Shown here: one piece after another, positions 1-13,579 of the stretch | Layout of the letters: the number at the start of each line of letters is the position of its first letter | Position numbering within the stretch: position 1 is the first letter of the stretch | Source of the DNA: Octopus vulgaris | Lineage: Eukaryota | Assembly (NCBI GenBank): GCA_951406725.2 | Contig: OX597836.1 | Span: 3,534,001 to 3,598,000, forward strand | Direction: 5' to 3' | DNA length: 64,000 nt | The notes under the pieces: model-generated | The model's database searches: none | Told to the model about the DNA's origin: nothing | What the model saw: only the letters and a program-made list of their open reading frames with translations | Program-made: the position numbers and the translations under genes

Positions 1-1303
1 TATTTTCGTTTGTTTTTGTTTTTTTTTCTGTTCCTGTTTACATTCAAGATGTCTTCTCTGATAAAGAAACACTCATAAAAACTGAGAACATGGACAAACT
101 TACACTGAGAAAATACCAAGAGGTAAAACCAAAACTAAATCTAATTAAACATGACCTTTCTAAATAATATTGAAGTTTTAACATCTGAAGCAGATAATGT
201 CAACTGCAAACCATGTGGTTAAATAGCAAAATACAAATTCTTCAATACGAAAAGAATAAACACGTAAGATTTTTACGTTTTTGTTTTTGATTTTGTTTTT
301 TAAGCAACGCAAGCATGACTTATAATTCGTTCGCTACTGTTGCTGCTGAGAGAGAGAGGACATAAAAATGTGGAGAATAGATTTACGTGGCGGATATATG
401 TTACCTAAAAAAATACACCCCTGTCTGAGTAATATATAATTAGGAGTAATGTCACATGAGTCGCAACTCTGAAAACACTGGCTGTTTCTATGTGACCTCA
501 AAGTCACTATTAAAGGTGTCTTCTTCACATGTAATGGTAGGGAAACAGATCACAGCAACAATACTAACAACAATAATAATAGTATTGATGAAAAGAATAA
601 AAAGAACTGTAATAGTAGTATTCGTAACGATAGCAAAAGAAAAAATAAAATTAATAAAAGGATTTACAGAATCTTATCTTCCAGACGATAGAAGAAGCCA
701 CCCGGGGTAACCAACGCCTGATTTTGGAACTTAAAGCGCCATTGCATAAGGCAATAGTTTAGTGCTGAAATATCTTGGATATTGATGACGATGGAGGGGA
801 GAAGCCATTACCGACATCATCGCCATAATCGTTTTCATCACTATCGTCACCAGTTACTTCGCATCAACATAACCACCGCCACATCATCATCATCATCATA
901 GCCTTCTACAGCAACACTACCATAGTCACCATCACCACCGACACCACCATGGAAACCATCGTCAATATCCTCACCGCAATAGCCAACACCTTCATTGTTT
1001 TCATCACAATCTTCTAAACCATTTCTATAGAGAAGAACATCGATTGATAGATAGATAGACAGACAGACTGATAGATACATAGACAGACAGACAGACAGAT
1101 ACATAGTCAGACAGACGGACAAAAAGTAAGATAGATACATTGACACACACACGAATACACACAGTCAGACTGACAGACAGATAAACAGACCGACAGACAG
1201 ACAGATAGATAGATACATAGACAGACTGACAGACAGACAGATAAAAAAATGATAGATACATAGACAGACACACATAGACACACATTCAGACACACAGATA
1301 GAT

Positions 1304-1391
<88 letters not shown>

Positions 1392-1444
1392 GGATGGATA
1401 GATAGATTCATAATTAGAGTGTAAGTGGGTCGTAAACACATATA

Positions 1445-1476
<32 letters not shown>

Positions 1477-1886
1477 AATCGGGAACGAAAAGAATGCAAA
1501 AAAGAAAGAAATGCTGATCTTAACTATATATTTGCGTAATTACTTAGCGAGACAGCAACACACACCCCCCATAGACTCACATATATACACAGCCACACGT
1601 ACACACTCACGTACACACACACGCACACGCACACGCACGCACGCACACGGGTGTATGTGTGTGTGTGTGTGTATGTGTATGTGCGTGTGTGTGTGTGTGT
1701 GTGTGCATGTGCTTGTATACATGCGTGTGGCTAGGTGCGTGTTTATGCAGACTCACATTGTGCAACAGTATGGGGTATTATGCATTCTTCTAATATAAAG
1801 TGCAGTAGTTAGTCTGTTATTTTATAAACATATATACATACATATATATATACATATGTATATATATACATATGTATATATACATG

Positions 1887-1917
<31 letters not shown>

Positions 1918-2122
1918 GTATATAAAAACATTTATATACATATATAAATATATATACATAAACATACACATCCATATACATAAATATATAGATAGATAGA
2001 TATATACATATATATATATACATATATATATACATATACATATATTTATATATATATATATACATATATATGTATATACACATATATATGTGTGCATATA
2101 TATATATATACACATATGTATA

Positions 2123-2218
<96 letters not shown>

Positions 2219-2417
2219 TTACACACACAAGGTGTGCTGAACCCACCTTCTTCCGTTGTAAGCCTCTACTAATTAACATATAAACATCAGAAGTTACATG
2301 CTGAGTGTTAAAGTCTTCGCTTCTCACTATATTAACATGCTTGTTTATGATTGCGCATGCGTGTGTATATTTTTGTTTGCATAACTCGTACATATACATC
2401 CGTGTGTGTGTGTGCGT

Positions 2418-2501
<84 letters not shown>

Positions 2502-2810
2502 ATTTTCGACACTACCACTCACAAGAACATAACAGAATAAGTCTCGACTATTCCAAGCGAAATCCTTCTCGATGGAATCTCCACAAGTCGGTATCGTTTA
2601 TCTCTTACCTTTCGCTGGCTTCGATCATTAGACTGCGGCCATGCTGGGGTACCACCTTGAAGTATCTCTTAGTCGAATGAATTGACACCAGTATTTATTT
2701 ATTTATTTATTTTAAAGCCTGGCACCTAATCCATCGACATCTTTTGCTGAACCGCTAATCTACGGTGACGTAAACACGCCAACACCGGTGTTTAAGCCTC
2801 ACATGCAAGA

Positions 2811-2873
<63 letters not shown>

Positions 2874-2889
2874 TATATATAACAATAAT

Positions 2890-3190
2890 AACGGCAGACG
2901 AAATACCGCAAAGCATTTCGCCGGGTGTGCTAACGTTTCTGCCGGTCGCCGCCTTCACCTGTTTCTTTATTGCCCATAAGGGGCTAAACGCAGATGGGAC
3001 AAACAAGGACAGACAAACGGATTAGGTCGATTATATCGACTCCAGTGCGTAACTGGTACTTAATTTATCGACCCCGAAAGGATGGAAGGCTATGTCGACC
3101 TCGGTGGAATTTGAACTCAGAACGTAGCGGCAGACGAAATACCGCTTAGCATTTCGCCCGGCGTGCTAACGACTCTGCCAGCTCGCCGCC
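2890..3190 (-). mobile_element. SINE family B, tandem
   Basis: Reverse complement of family B: ctggtacttaatttatcgaccccgaaaggatg..ctgccagctcgccgcc. Confidence 0.85.
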
Positions 3191-3744
3191 TGCCAGTTAT
3201 CGTTATAATTTCACTCCATTTTTCTCAATTTACTCGATCTCCCAACTTCTCTCTCTATTCTCATATCATACTCTAATTCACATTACAAACTCATTTCAAT
3301 CTGACATCGTCATCTTGTATAGAAAGCAATCGTAACCCTGTTTAAATTGTTACATTATCCACGTTATAAATAACTTAGTTCACTTTTATAACTACATTAC
3401 CATCCTGTTTAGAAAGAGTTATGTCATGTATATTGCCGTATCATTGTTACATTGTTAAACAGTCATCTCATTTCACGCTACCATTTTACACAACTTCATC
3501 TCATTATTTCACTCATTCAGCTTCTTTATTATTATATAATTGCTATAAGATCTAGTCGCTGCATTGATAATATTAATGGTAATGATAACACCAAAATTGT
3601 TTTCTCGGTTACGCATTGTTTTAGCTGACGGTCCGACTTCGCCCTTCCCAACTCTTTATAATAAAAAAAAATTATCCTGAACTCAATACAGAAATATTAG
3701 CACGAAATGTAACATTTATATCAATATAGTTTGTTTTATTTATT

Positions 3745-4070
3745 TTTCTTCAGTCATTAGACTACGGCCATGCTGGAGTACCGCCTTGCAGAATGCTTAG
3801 CCAAATGAACTGACCGTAGTACTATGGTTTTTAAGCCAGTTGTCAAGCGGTGATGAGGGACAAACACAGACACGGGCACAGACATACTCACAAACACACT
3901 CACACACACACACGACGGGCTTCTTTCAGTTTCCGTCTAACAAGTCCCCTCACAAGGCTTTAGTCAGCCAGTAGCTATACTAGAAGATACTTGCCTAAGG
4001 TGTCAAGCAGTGGGTTCGAAACCAGAGCCATGAAATTTCGAAGCAAGCGCTTTTTACCACATGGCCATAT
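3745..4070 (-). mobile_element. SINE family A, diverged
   Basis: cagtcattagactacggccatgctggag..cgacgggcttctttcagtttccgtc..aaggtgtcaagcagtggg. Confidence 0.7.
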
Positions 4071-4329
4071 CTTCTCATACATGTAGTTAATTATGAAAAT
4101 AACTACGTAGGCAATTTCAATGTAATTAATCAAGTTAAATTATGCCAGACTAATAGAGAAAAGTGAGTCTTTGGACAACATTTGTACTGTTTAGATCGCA
4201 GCGCCCTTCATTGCTGCGGTGAATAAACTGTCGTGTGACTTATGCAAAAATGAATATAACACTGACCTCTCGTATTAACAGATATATTTACCAAAATTAC
4301 ATAAAAATATCTTCAAATATCAAAGAGTA

Positions 4330-4425
4330 AATTTATTCAATAAAATCGCCATTGGCTTGAATCATGGCCTCCAGACGACTTCGGAATCTCCTGCAACTCT
4401 TCAGGGCGGTCACCTTGTTTAAGTT
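4330..4425 (-). mobile_element. Tc1-like transposase C-terminal remnant
   Basis: Minus strand NLNKVTALKSCRRFRSRLEAMIQANGDFIE* matches the Tc1 end motif C..FR.RLEAVI.A.G..IE. Confidence 0.65.
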
Positions 4426-4742
4426 AGTGGGACTGAACCCGGAACCATGTGGTTGGGAAGCAAGCTTCATACCACACAGCCAATCTTGCGCCTATATGTA
4501 TACATATTATATATACAAGATTATATATAAGTATATACAAACACATGTATATATTATATAGAGAGAAATTATATAGAGAGACTATATATATATGTATTAT
4601 ACAAAATTAAGAGTAAAACCAATTTAATGATTTTACAAAGTGGCCAGCGTGTAATAAAAAAAAACATACAGGTTACAATTTATGCAAATTTATAATTACC
4701 CTTTAATATAATTTTTGTTATATAATTATAAATAAGCATACA

Positions 4743-5067
4743 GGCACCTTGGGCAAGTGTCTTCTACTATTGCCTCGGGCCGACCAATGCCTTGTGAGTG
4801 GATTTGGTAGACGGAAACTGAAAGAAACCCGTCGTATATATATATATGTCTGTATGTGTGTGTTTGTGTGTCTGTGTTTGTCCCCCTAGCATTGCTTGAC
4901 AACCGATGCTGGTGTGTTTACGTCCCCGTCACTTAGCGGTTCGGCAAAAGAGACACCGATAGAATAAGTACTGGGCTTACAAAAGAATAAGTCCCGGGGT
5001 CGAGTTGCTCGATTAAAGGCGGTGCTCCAGCATGGCCGCAGTCAAATGACTGAAACGAGTAAAAGAG
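4743..5067 (+). mobile_element. SINE family A body lacking its head (the head lies inverted at 4426-4492)
   Basis: Begins at ggcaccttgggcaagtg and matches family A to the tail. Confidence 0.85.
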
Positions 5068-5427
5068 TATACATATATATATATATTATCCCTTTCCTTC
5101 CTAAATTTTCATCTCCCTCACTCTGCCACTTCACCTTTCTACCTTTCTCATTCCCCCCTCTCCTATTCTCTTTTTATCTCTCTCATCATGACTCTCTCTC
5201 TCTTTCTCTCTCTCCTACACTTACTACCACATACCACCAACCCCACGTGCAGTTCTTGCCTCACAAATCTCAGACTAAAAGAGAACACAGTTAAACCAAA
5301 ACAACTTACCACTGAATCTACGGAATTCGATTGAAGTCGTCATTTTCTGTCTTCTCAAATGTTATTCTTCGTTACAAAAGACATTACCGAAATACTTCTG
5401 CTCTCTCTCTCCTTTCTCCTCTCTGTC

Positions 5428-5469
<42 letters not shown>

Positions 5470-5601
5470 TCTCTGTCTCACTTCTCTGCATATATATATA
5501 CACACTTATCTATTTCGCTTTCTGTCTATGTATCTTCTAAAATACTGTTGCTTCAGGATACCTGTCTCTCTCTGTCAATGTCTTTCTTTCAATCTCTCTC
5601 T

Positions 5602-5655
<54 letters not shown>

Positions 5656-6107
5656 GTTTCTATCTCTTTCTAGTCTTATTGTTGATGATGATGATGATTT
5701 AACTGATGGTGTTGAGGGCGCGGGTCAGCAATGACATATCTTCAACATTATTCCAACCGTGACCACCTCATATTGTCTCCTACGTACTAATAACAGATAT
5801 CTGGAGCACATTACTCAATCAAACGGTCGTGAAACGGCTGGTCGTAAGAAACTCTCAACATTGAGTTGAACAGCGGAAGGTCTTCAGAGAAGAACCCCGC
5901 CCAACCTCGGGCAACTGTTTTGACCCTTAACTTCTTACCCTCGAAAGTGGCCGGGCCGCATCCACGTCATGACCCCTGGGTGTCCTTCTGCTGACACTTT
6001 TTAGCCACTCGGATGTCGGAGACTTGTACATTTAGACCGGGAGAGATTTGGATGCGATACCTACAAACAGCTTCCTTGGAAAAAGAAGACGATTATATTT
6101 TATAAAT

Positions 6108-6130
6108 GTTGGCGGTGGTGGTGGCGCTGT

Positions 6131-6164
<34 letters not shown>

Positions 6165-6790
6165 GGTGGTGGTGGTGGTGGTGGTGGTGGTGGTGGTGGT
6201 GGTGGTGGTGGCGGCGGCGGCGGTGGTGGCGGTGGCGATGGCGGTGGCGATGGCGGTGGCGATGGCGATGGCGGTGGTGGTGGCGCTGTTGATGATGATG
6301 ATGGTGGTGGTGGTGGTGGCGGCGGCGGTGGTGGCGGCGGTGGTGGCGGTGGCGATGGCGGTGGCGATGGCGGTGGCGATGGCGGTGGCGATGGCGATGG
6401 CGGTGGTGGTGGCGCTGTTGATTGAGGATGATGATGGTAGTGGTGGTGGTGGTGGTGGTGATGGTAGTGGTGGCGCTGTTGATTGATGATGATGATGGTG
6501 GTGGTGGTGGTGGTGGTGGTGATGGTAGTGGTGGCGCTGTTGATTGATGATGATGATGGTGGTGGTGATGGTGATGATGGTGGTGGTGGTGGTAGTAGTG
6601 GTGGTGGTAGTGGTGGTGGTACTGCTGCTGCTGGTAGTTTTGGAAATGGTAGTGGAGACGATGGTGTCTTTGCTGCAGTTGGGGAATGTTGGTGATGTTG
6701 TCGATGCTGGTGTTGCTGATGATGGCAGTGATGCTGATGGTGCTGGTGTGATGGTGTCGGCGGTGTCGGCGGTGTCGGCGGTGTCGGCGG
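6108..6790. repeat. Compound (GGT)n/(GGC)n/(GAT)n repeat with higher-order duplication
   Basis: The marker ggtggcgctgttgat recurs five times, separated by triplet runs. Confidence 0.85.
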
Positions 6791-7051
6791 TGCCCGTGAC
6801 ATTGAGTTGCTGGCAAAGATGGCGGTGTTGGTGTTGCTACAAATTGTCTGCAGATCTAGTGAGGCAATGTAATAAACTTATCTTAACAATGGTGGATCAC
6901 GTGAGTTTTGACGTATACAGAAGGTGGCGGCGGCGGCGGCGGCGGTGAGACAGTGGTGGGGGTGAGAAGAAAGAACTAACGATGGAATTTACACGGTTCG
7001 ATTAGCTTGAAATTTGACTTGGAGGTTCGTCGTTGTTTTAGAGATTAACTA

Positions 7052-7690
7052 GGAGGAGAAGAAGGAGAAGAAGAAGAAGAAGAAGAAGAAGAAGAAGAAG
7101 AAGAAGAAGAAGAAGAAGAAGAAGAAGAAGAAGAAGAAGAAGAAGAAGAAGAAGAAGAAGGAGAAGAAGAAAAAAGAAGAAGAAGAAGAAGGAGGAGAGG
7201 AGGGGAAGAGGGAGGGGAGGAAGAGAAGAAGAAGAAGAGTAGGAAGAAGACGAGGAAGGAGATGAAGAAAACGAAGAAGAAGAAGCCGAAGAAGAAGAAG
7301 AAGAAGAAGAAGAAGAAGAAGAAGAAAGAGAGCAAAATAACAACTAAGAGAATGAGAAGACGATGGAGATGTAGAAGAAAAGGAAGAAGGAAGAAGAATA
7401 AGAACAACAACAACAACAAGGAGGAGGAGAAGGAGGAGGTGGGAAGGGGAGTGGGAGGGGGAGCACGAGAGGCAGGAGGAAGGGGAAGAGGAGAATAAGG
7501 AGGATGGGAAGAGGAGGAGCAACAGGAGGGGCAGACGATGAGCAGAAAGTGGGGAAGATGAGGCGGAGGAGGAGGGAAGTGGAGGTGGAGGTGGAAGAAG
7601 AGGAACAGGAGTTAGAAGAGGAGGAGCAGGAGGAAAAAGATAAACGAACGACAACAAAAGGAGGAAAGAAAGAAAGAAAGAAAGAAGGTT
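7052..7690. repeat. (GAA)n and purine-rich low-complexity tract
   Basis: ~100-bp pure GAA run followed by mixed GA-rich sequence. Confidence 0.9.
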
Positions 7691-8439
7691 ATTATTGTCA
7701 GCCTGCGAAACAACGAAGGGCAACATTTTTGCTTTTGTTTTCTGTTTTGTTAATTTTGCGATTGTTTAAAATATTTGTAAAAAAAATGAAGACATCAAAG
7801 CTAAGAATTTTCAGGTGGGAAAGTATTTTAAACAACTGCAGCAGCAGACAAGACTGTAGGCGGGCAAACATGTGTGTAGATGTGCGTATATATATGTATA
7901 TGCTGATGTTACGGGGAGGAGCGTTCGTATATGCATGTGTATATGTTTGTACACGAAACAATAACTTCGTACAGAAGCCATTTTAGTTACTATTTGCAAA
8001 CACACAAAATATGCCGGGTTTTTTTTTTTTGTTACTTTTCGATGTTTACCGAAATGTATTTAGTTTTGTTTGTTTGCTTTTTTTGTTGGGGAGTTATATG
8101 TAGATACATAAGTGTATGTGTATGAGGGGGGGGGGCATCTATGCTTTGAGAGGCTCATTACGCCAACAATAATAAACACACGCGCTGGCTCAATATCACT
8201 TCTTTATTGTTCGTCAACTGGTTACATATCCGACCAACTAACTAATTGGTCGTTTGTTTAATGAGCTGCTTAAGCAATCATTCCTCCGTCGTTTGTTAGA
8301 CAAAGTACTTCCGTCGCCGCTGTGACCTCTTCAATGAATTCACTCTTTTTTCAAGATCTGACCTTAGTCTGTCCGAGGTTTATTTCAACACACGAATTAA
8401 CATACAAAATCTTTCAAACCAAATTGAAAAGTAAAGTGT

Positions 8440-8497
<58 letters not shown>

Positions 8498-8501
8498 TGA
8501 C

Positions 8502-8617
<116 letters not shown>

Positions 8618-8674
8618 GGATAGATAGATAGATATATATGTGTGTGTGTGTGTGTGTGTGTACAAACACAAACA

Positions 8675-8721
<47 letters not shown>

Positions 8722-8724
8722 ACA

Positions 8725-8860
8725 TACGAGAGAAGGAGGTGCTGAAAAGTTTCTGGTTTAAGTAAAGGAAAATACAAGAGGATCAGTAAATTATGATTTT
8801 ATTCAACATATTCCCCTCTCACTTATTGCAGCAATCCTTCAGTTTTTCTAAACCTTACAA
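8725..8860. mobile_element. Partial mariner-derived MITE (same family as 62853-63068)
   Basis: gtgctgaaaagtttctgg..gaggatcagtaaattatgattttattcaacatattcccc is the reverse complement of 62990-63068. Confidence 0.6.
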
Positions 8861-9481
8861 ATGAACTCGGGAGTGAGAAGCGAGGTGTGTACCACAGAAC
8901 AGAACGTCCGCCGCTTTTTTTTTTTAGGGTGTCTCGGAGCAGCGCTATCTATGTTTTTAGATAAAGGAGTGCTACCAAATTCACTCGGTCCGAAGCTAGA
9001 GAAGAAAACACGTGGCCAAATTCATTGTAAAGCAAACTTCTTACCTGAAAGCTACAGAGGGGAATCTTATCATTCCAAGTCAATTTCACCTTCATCCATT
9101 AGGGGTGAGGAAAAATGTAGCTGTTAAGTAGCAAGATAAATAGCATCGACCAACACTCACCTGTTAATATTTGCAGACCATGAGCCGATGCTAAAAATAA
9201 TTGTTATTGCTAATGACCTGTAGGGACGCCGTATTTCATTATGCAGCCATAATATAATACAGAATATATTAAACGATTTAATAAGTCACTACTGTGTTCT
9301 ACTGTGTTAGCAGTGCTACACCATCACTTGTGGTTGTTGTTGTTGTTGTTGTTGTTAATCTTTATACATCTCAGACACATGTTAAACGGTCCGCACATGA
9401 TAATAAAGATGAAGAGTGTTCATCATGTTATCTAGTTAACGAGTCATCTTCTAGGTTTGCCTAGCGTGTTTGTACGTGTTC

Positions 9482-9571
9482 AAAATTTTGCCTGAGGATG
9501 GTGGTTTTATTCTATGATGTAATCTATGGACACATCAGAAAAATGCCATCGAAACAGCTGTAGTAAATTTT
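9482..9571 (+). ncRNA. Type-I hammerhead ribozyme motif
   Basis: Reads aaaauuuugc-CUGAGGA-uggugguuuuauuc...gaaaaaugccauc-GAAA-cagcug-UA-guaaauuuu. Helix I pairs with one bulge, helix III is palindromic (ACAGCUGU), GUA triplet. Confidence 0.65.
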
Positions 9572-9714
9572 AAACCATACTTGTGTTCTTTTATTATTGT
9601 TGTTATTATTATCATTGCCTTTCCACAGCTTCTATAGCTGGAGATATACCACAGTGTCAGCCGTTCACTACCAGTGAACTAAGGTAACACCTCTTATTTT
9701 TCGACCAGTAGTAT

Positions 9715-9788
<74 letters not shown>

Positions 9789-9924
9789 TTACGTCACCAA
9801 ATACGTCGTTTTGAATTTATTTGCTGCACATTCATAACAGAAATATTTCTTTGTATCAGAAAGAAAACGAACAGAAGATTCTTGCTGTTCAAGACAGGAT
9901 TCCAGTCGACGATGTTGTCGCGGT

Positions 9925-9955
<31 letters not shown>

Positions 9956-10138
9956 TCTACTGCTGCTACTGCTATTATCATTGTTGTCGTCGTTGTCGTC
10001 GTCGTTGTTGTTGTTGTTATTGTTGTTGCTGCTCGGATCTAACGGAAAAGGAATTGGATTGAGATTGAGAGGTGCCAATCGCCAGATATTTCCAATATTG
10101 CTTTCCATAATGAATATGCGTGTATGAGCGTGTACACG

Positions 10139-10201
<63 letters not shown>

Positions 10202-10633
10202 CATATATAAATACATTTATATATATGTATATATATATGTGTGTATATATATACATATGCATATACAAATATATATGTACATATATATATATATATACAC
10301 ACACACATACACATATATATATATACATATATGTACATATATATATATATATGTATGTCTGTATGTATATCTACATATATATATTTATATATGTATATAT
10401 ACATGTATATGTATGTGTATATATGTACACATATATACAGGTATATATGTGCCTGCATGTGTGTGTGTGTATGTATGTATGTATGTATGTATGTATGTAT
10501 ACACATGTAAAATCCGATAACAGACAAGGGGAAATTTCATAAACGCAGAAAGTAAGCCTATGTATCTACACATCTAGGTTGTGTGTACCTGTGTGCAGGT
10601 GTGTGTGTGTGTGTGTATTTATGTGTGCGTTCG

Positions 10634-10679
<46 letters not shown>

Positions 10680-11127
10680 GTGCAAAGAAGAATAAAAAGT
10701 ATAAGGAAAATATTTATATATAAAAAAGAAATATTATGAAAAAAAAATATCGAAGATGTCTTCACTAATGGAATATTTTAGAAGAAAGGAAAAAAGCGAG
10801 AAAAGGGGAAAGAGAAAATGGTAAGCAGATAGAGAGAGATGGTAAATGAGAGGCCAAGAGAAAAACTAAAAATAAGAGAGGCTGAGGAAATGAAGAGGAG
10901 AAAGAAAGGGAGCGAAGCGGAGAACTAAACAAAGAAGCGGAAGGAGAGAGAAGGAAGTGGGGGAGAGGGGGAGAGGGAGAGATATGGCATTGAACAAATC
11001 AGAATATTTTTTTTTATCAGCCATTGAAATTTAACTCATTACGCAAATACAATTTGATATTCAATAGTAGAAATGTGTATATGACAATATCACTACAGGA
11101 AGACGAATTAGTAGTTATGTACATATA

Positions 11128-11164
<37 letters not shown>

Positions 11165-11429
11165 GTGTGTCTGTGTATATATAGCTATATGTATATATGT
11201 ATGTATGTGCATATGTGTACATCTGTACTATATTGGTGTTTTAATATATATGTGTGTGTGTGTGTGTGTGCATGTGTGTGTGTGTGTGTATGTGTGTGTG
11301 TGTGTGTGTGTATACATGAATGCATAAGTCTTTAAAACGCGAAAATAAAAGTTAGAAATATAATATACGTATACATACATGTGTGCGTATATATCTACAC
11401 ATATATATATATGTGTGTGTGTTTGTATG

Positions 11430-11478
<49 letters not shown>

Positions 11479-11939
11479 GTATATACATATACATATGCAT
11501 TAATGTATAAATTAATAGATATATACGCTCATACACGCGAACACGCATACATATACCAGCATACATGCATATATACATATATGTATGTGTGTATGTGTGC
11601 ATTATATAAAGAGATAGACAGACAGCCATACTGAGATAGTCACGAGGTTGTATTTGCAAATATATGTTTCTTACAAAATAGCATTATGGACAGAGTAAGG
11701 AGAACTCAGTGTCTTACACAGAGCAAGTGCCTTTTGGGTGTTAGTTCAAGTCATTCTACATGTTGCTACTGGGAGTAACAAGCAATGATGCAATCGTCTG
11801 AAGGGCATTGCTTCGAGAGTAAGAACTCCGTTACTGTTGCATCGTACTTTTGAAAGGCAATAACGTATCATTGCTGTATTCCTGTTGGCTTTATACGTTA
11901 TGTTCGTTTATTGCATTCCGTTGCACGGCTAAATATATC

Positions 11940-12360
11940 TTGCTCTTAAATTCGGTATGAGCTTTCTATTTTGATTGTAGAGATGATATTTCTTCTGGTG
12001 ATTACACTTAATGATTAACTCGGCCCTTCTCTCAAACATGTCAGTTGTTGTTATTAAAATTCGATATTTCTCCTCCATGCAGGACCTGAACAAACACTTT
12101 TCCTCCCTTTGTTGTGACTTAAGATGGTTCATTGTATTTAAAACACGTTTGTATATATTTTTTTAATCGCTATGCATAGTTTAATAAAGCTGTATCGAGC
12201 CACTTGTATATTTAATGTTGGAGTTATGATTCACGTAACGTCCCTAAAATGGTCCCTCATTTATATCTAAGGATAATGCAAGAGTCAACACTTTATGTTA
12301 AGAGTTCATATCTGCTTCATATACAATCGCTTTCGCACTACATTTACTATCAAGGGGAAA
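11940..12360 (-). mobile_element. Decayed Penelope-like element, GIY-YIG endonuclease region
   Basis: Minus-strand peptides PLDSKCSAKAIVYEAD, EGPF*GRYVNHNSNI and KCLFRSCMEEKYRIL..ERRAELIIKCNHQKKY match the PLE pattern CPL.G.C...IVY.A / F..RY.NH...F / C.LC..EK..I...N.R.EL..KCRH..K. Stops and frameshifts present. Confidence 0.7.
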
Positions 12361-13014
12361 AAACTCGTCGATTTTAAAGGAGCTTGCTATATTATCAATG
12401 ATTGTCTTTCCTATCAACATGTGCATTTTCGATTACTTCGCCGTCATGCGACGCCATACTGACATCAAAAAGAAATGTTAGTTCCTTTCACCTATGCAAC
12501 AGTATTATTAAAAGCAATCTTCTGGAATATATAGCACTGGAACAGATAACAGCCATTTTTGATGCAATGCATTTTCCAAATCCAGAGCCTTGAAAGGCAG
12601 TATTTTCAAAATAGTTGAAACTTGGCTAATAGGATGAATTTAGATTTAATTCAGTCTTTCATATTACTAAACCAGTTAGCTTAGTGTTCTGACATTATTC
12701 CAATTTCGTTTCACCGTTTCTTAACTATTTATCATGTTTTTATGTATTATCCCGAATTTGCTTTTTTCACGAGGCTAAGTTTGAACTTGAAGTAATGGGG
12801 AAATTTTCTTTATGATCTTTTTGTGTTATATTGCCCCTGCATTTAACTCAAGATTTTCCTTTCTGCTTTTAAAAAGAGATGTTATGGTTTTACCTTCGCT
12901 AGCAGTTTTCATAATCAATCGAATATTCTTTCTTGAATAATTGATATAATGTTGATATTTAAGAGTCTAGTAGATATGTCGCTGTATAATTTTTTTTCTA
13001 ACTCAGGTATAAAT

Positions 13015-13200
13015 CCAGCAAGTTTAGGGGGTCGAAATTAATCGAGACAATCGCCCCAAGTATCTGACATTTTATTTTATCGATGTCGGAGGAATGAAAA
13101 ACGAAGTCAATCTCGGTGGGACTTCAACACTTAGTGTACGGAGGTGGAACAAATATCGCATGACATTTATTTCGATGCTTTAATGATGCGTCGTATTAGC
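13015..13200 (-). mobile_element. SINE family B, highly diverged, inserted within Penelope-like remnants
   Basis: ttttatcgatgtcggaggaatgaaaaacgaagtcaatctcggtgggacttcaac. Confidence 0.55.
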
Positions 13201-13579
13201 TTTAGCTTTTATTGGCCATTTAATTGCGGTATCTAATTTCAGTCTCTATTGAAAAACATTTCAATATTTTGTAAAGTACTTTGTTAGCCACTTCTATTAA
13301 TAGCAACAGCTCTTCAACAAGAGCAAATAGAGGTCAGTGTTTAGCGTGGAATGGATTATCGGTGGAAGATTCTGGGCAGTAGCAAGCAGTTAGAAGAGTT
13401 GTACCAGGTTTGTACGTTAAGGTTAGATGCAGAGACAAGAAAAGATTATAAGAAACCAAAGGAAATAATTTAGGAAACGCCAACAACGAGTCGATCGCAC
13501 GAGATGACAGATTAGTACAGTGGAATGGTGAGGGCAGGGCATGTACAGTGCGCTGGTGAAGGAAAGATAAGAAGATCCT

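Noticed and set aside
334-405. Possible minus-strand terminal exon after a ttttttAG acceptor
   Set aside because: Short, no recognisable product, and no supporting upstream exon or poly(A) signal seen.
6032-6816. Poly-Pro/His/Gly ORFs resembling extensin or formin
   Set aside because: Triplet microsatellite open in several frames on both strands; no flanking domain or splice evidence.
11790-11840. ctgaagg..gaac motif next to the Penelope remnant
   Set aside because: Both core boxes deviate and the helices are unconvincing.
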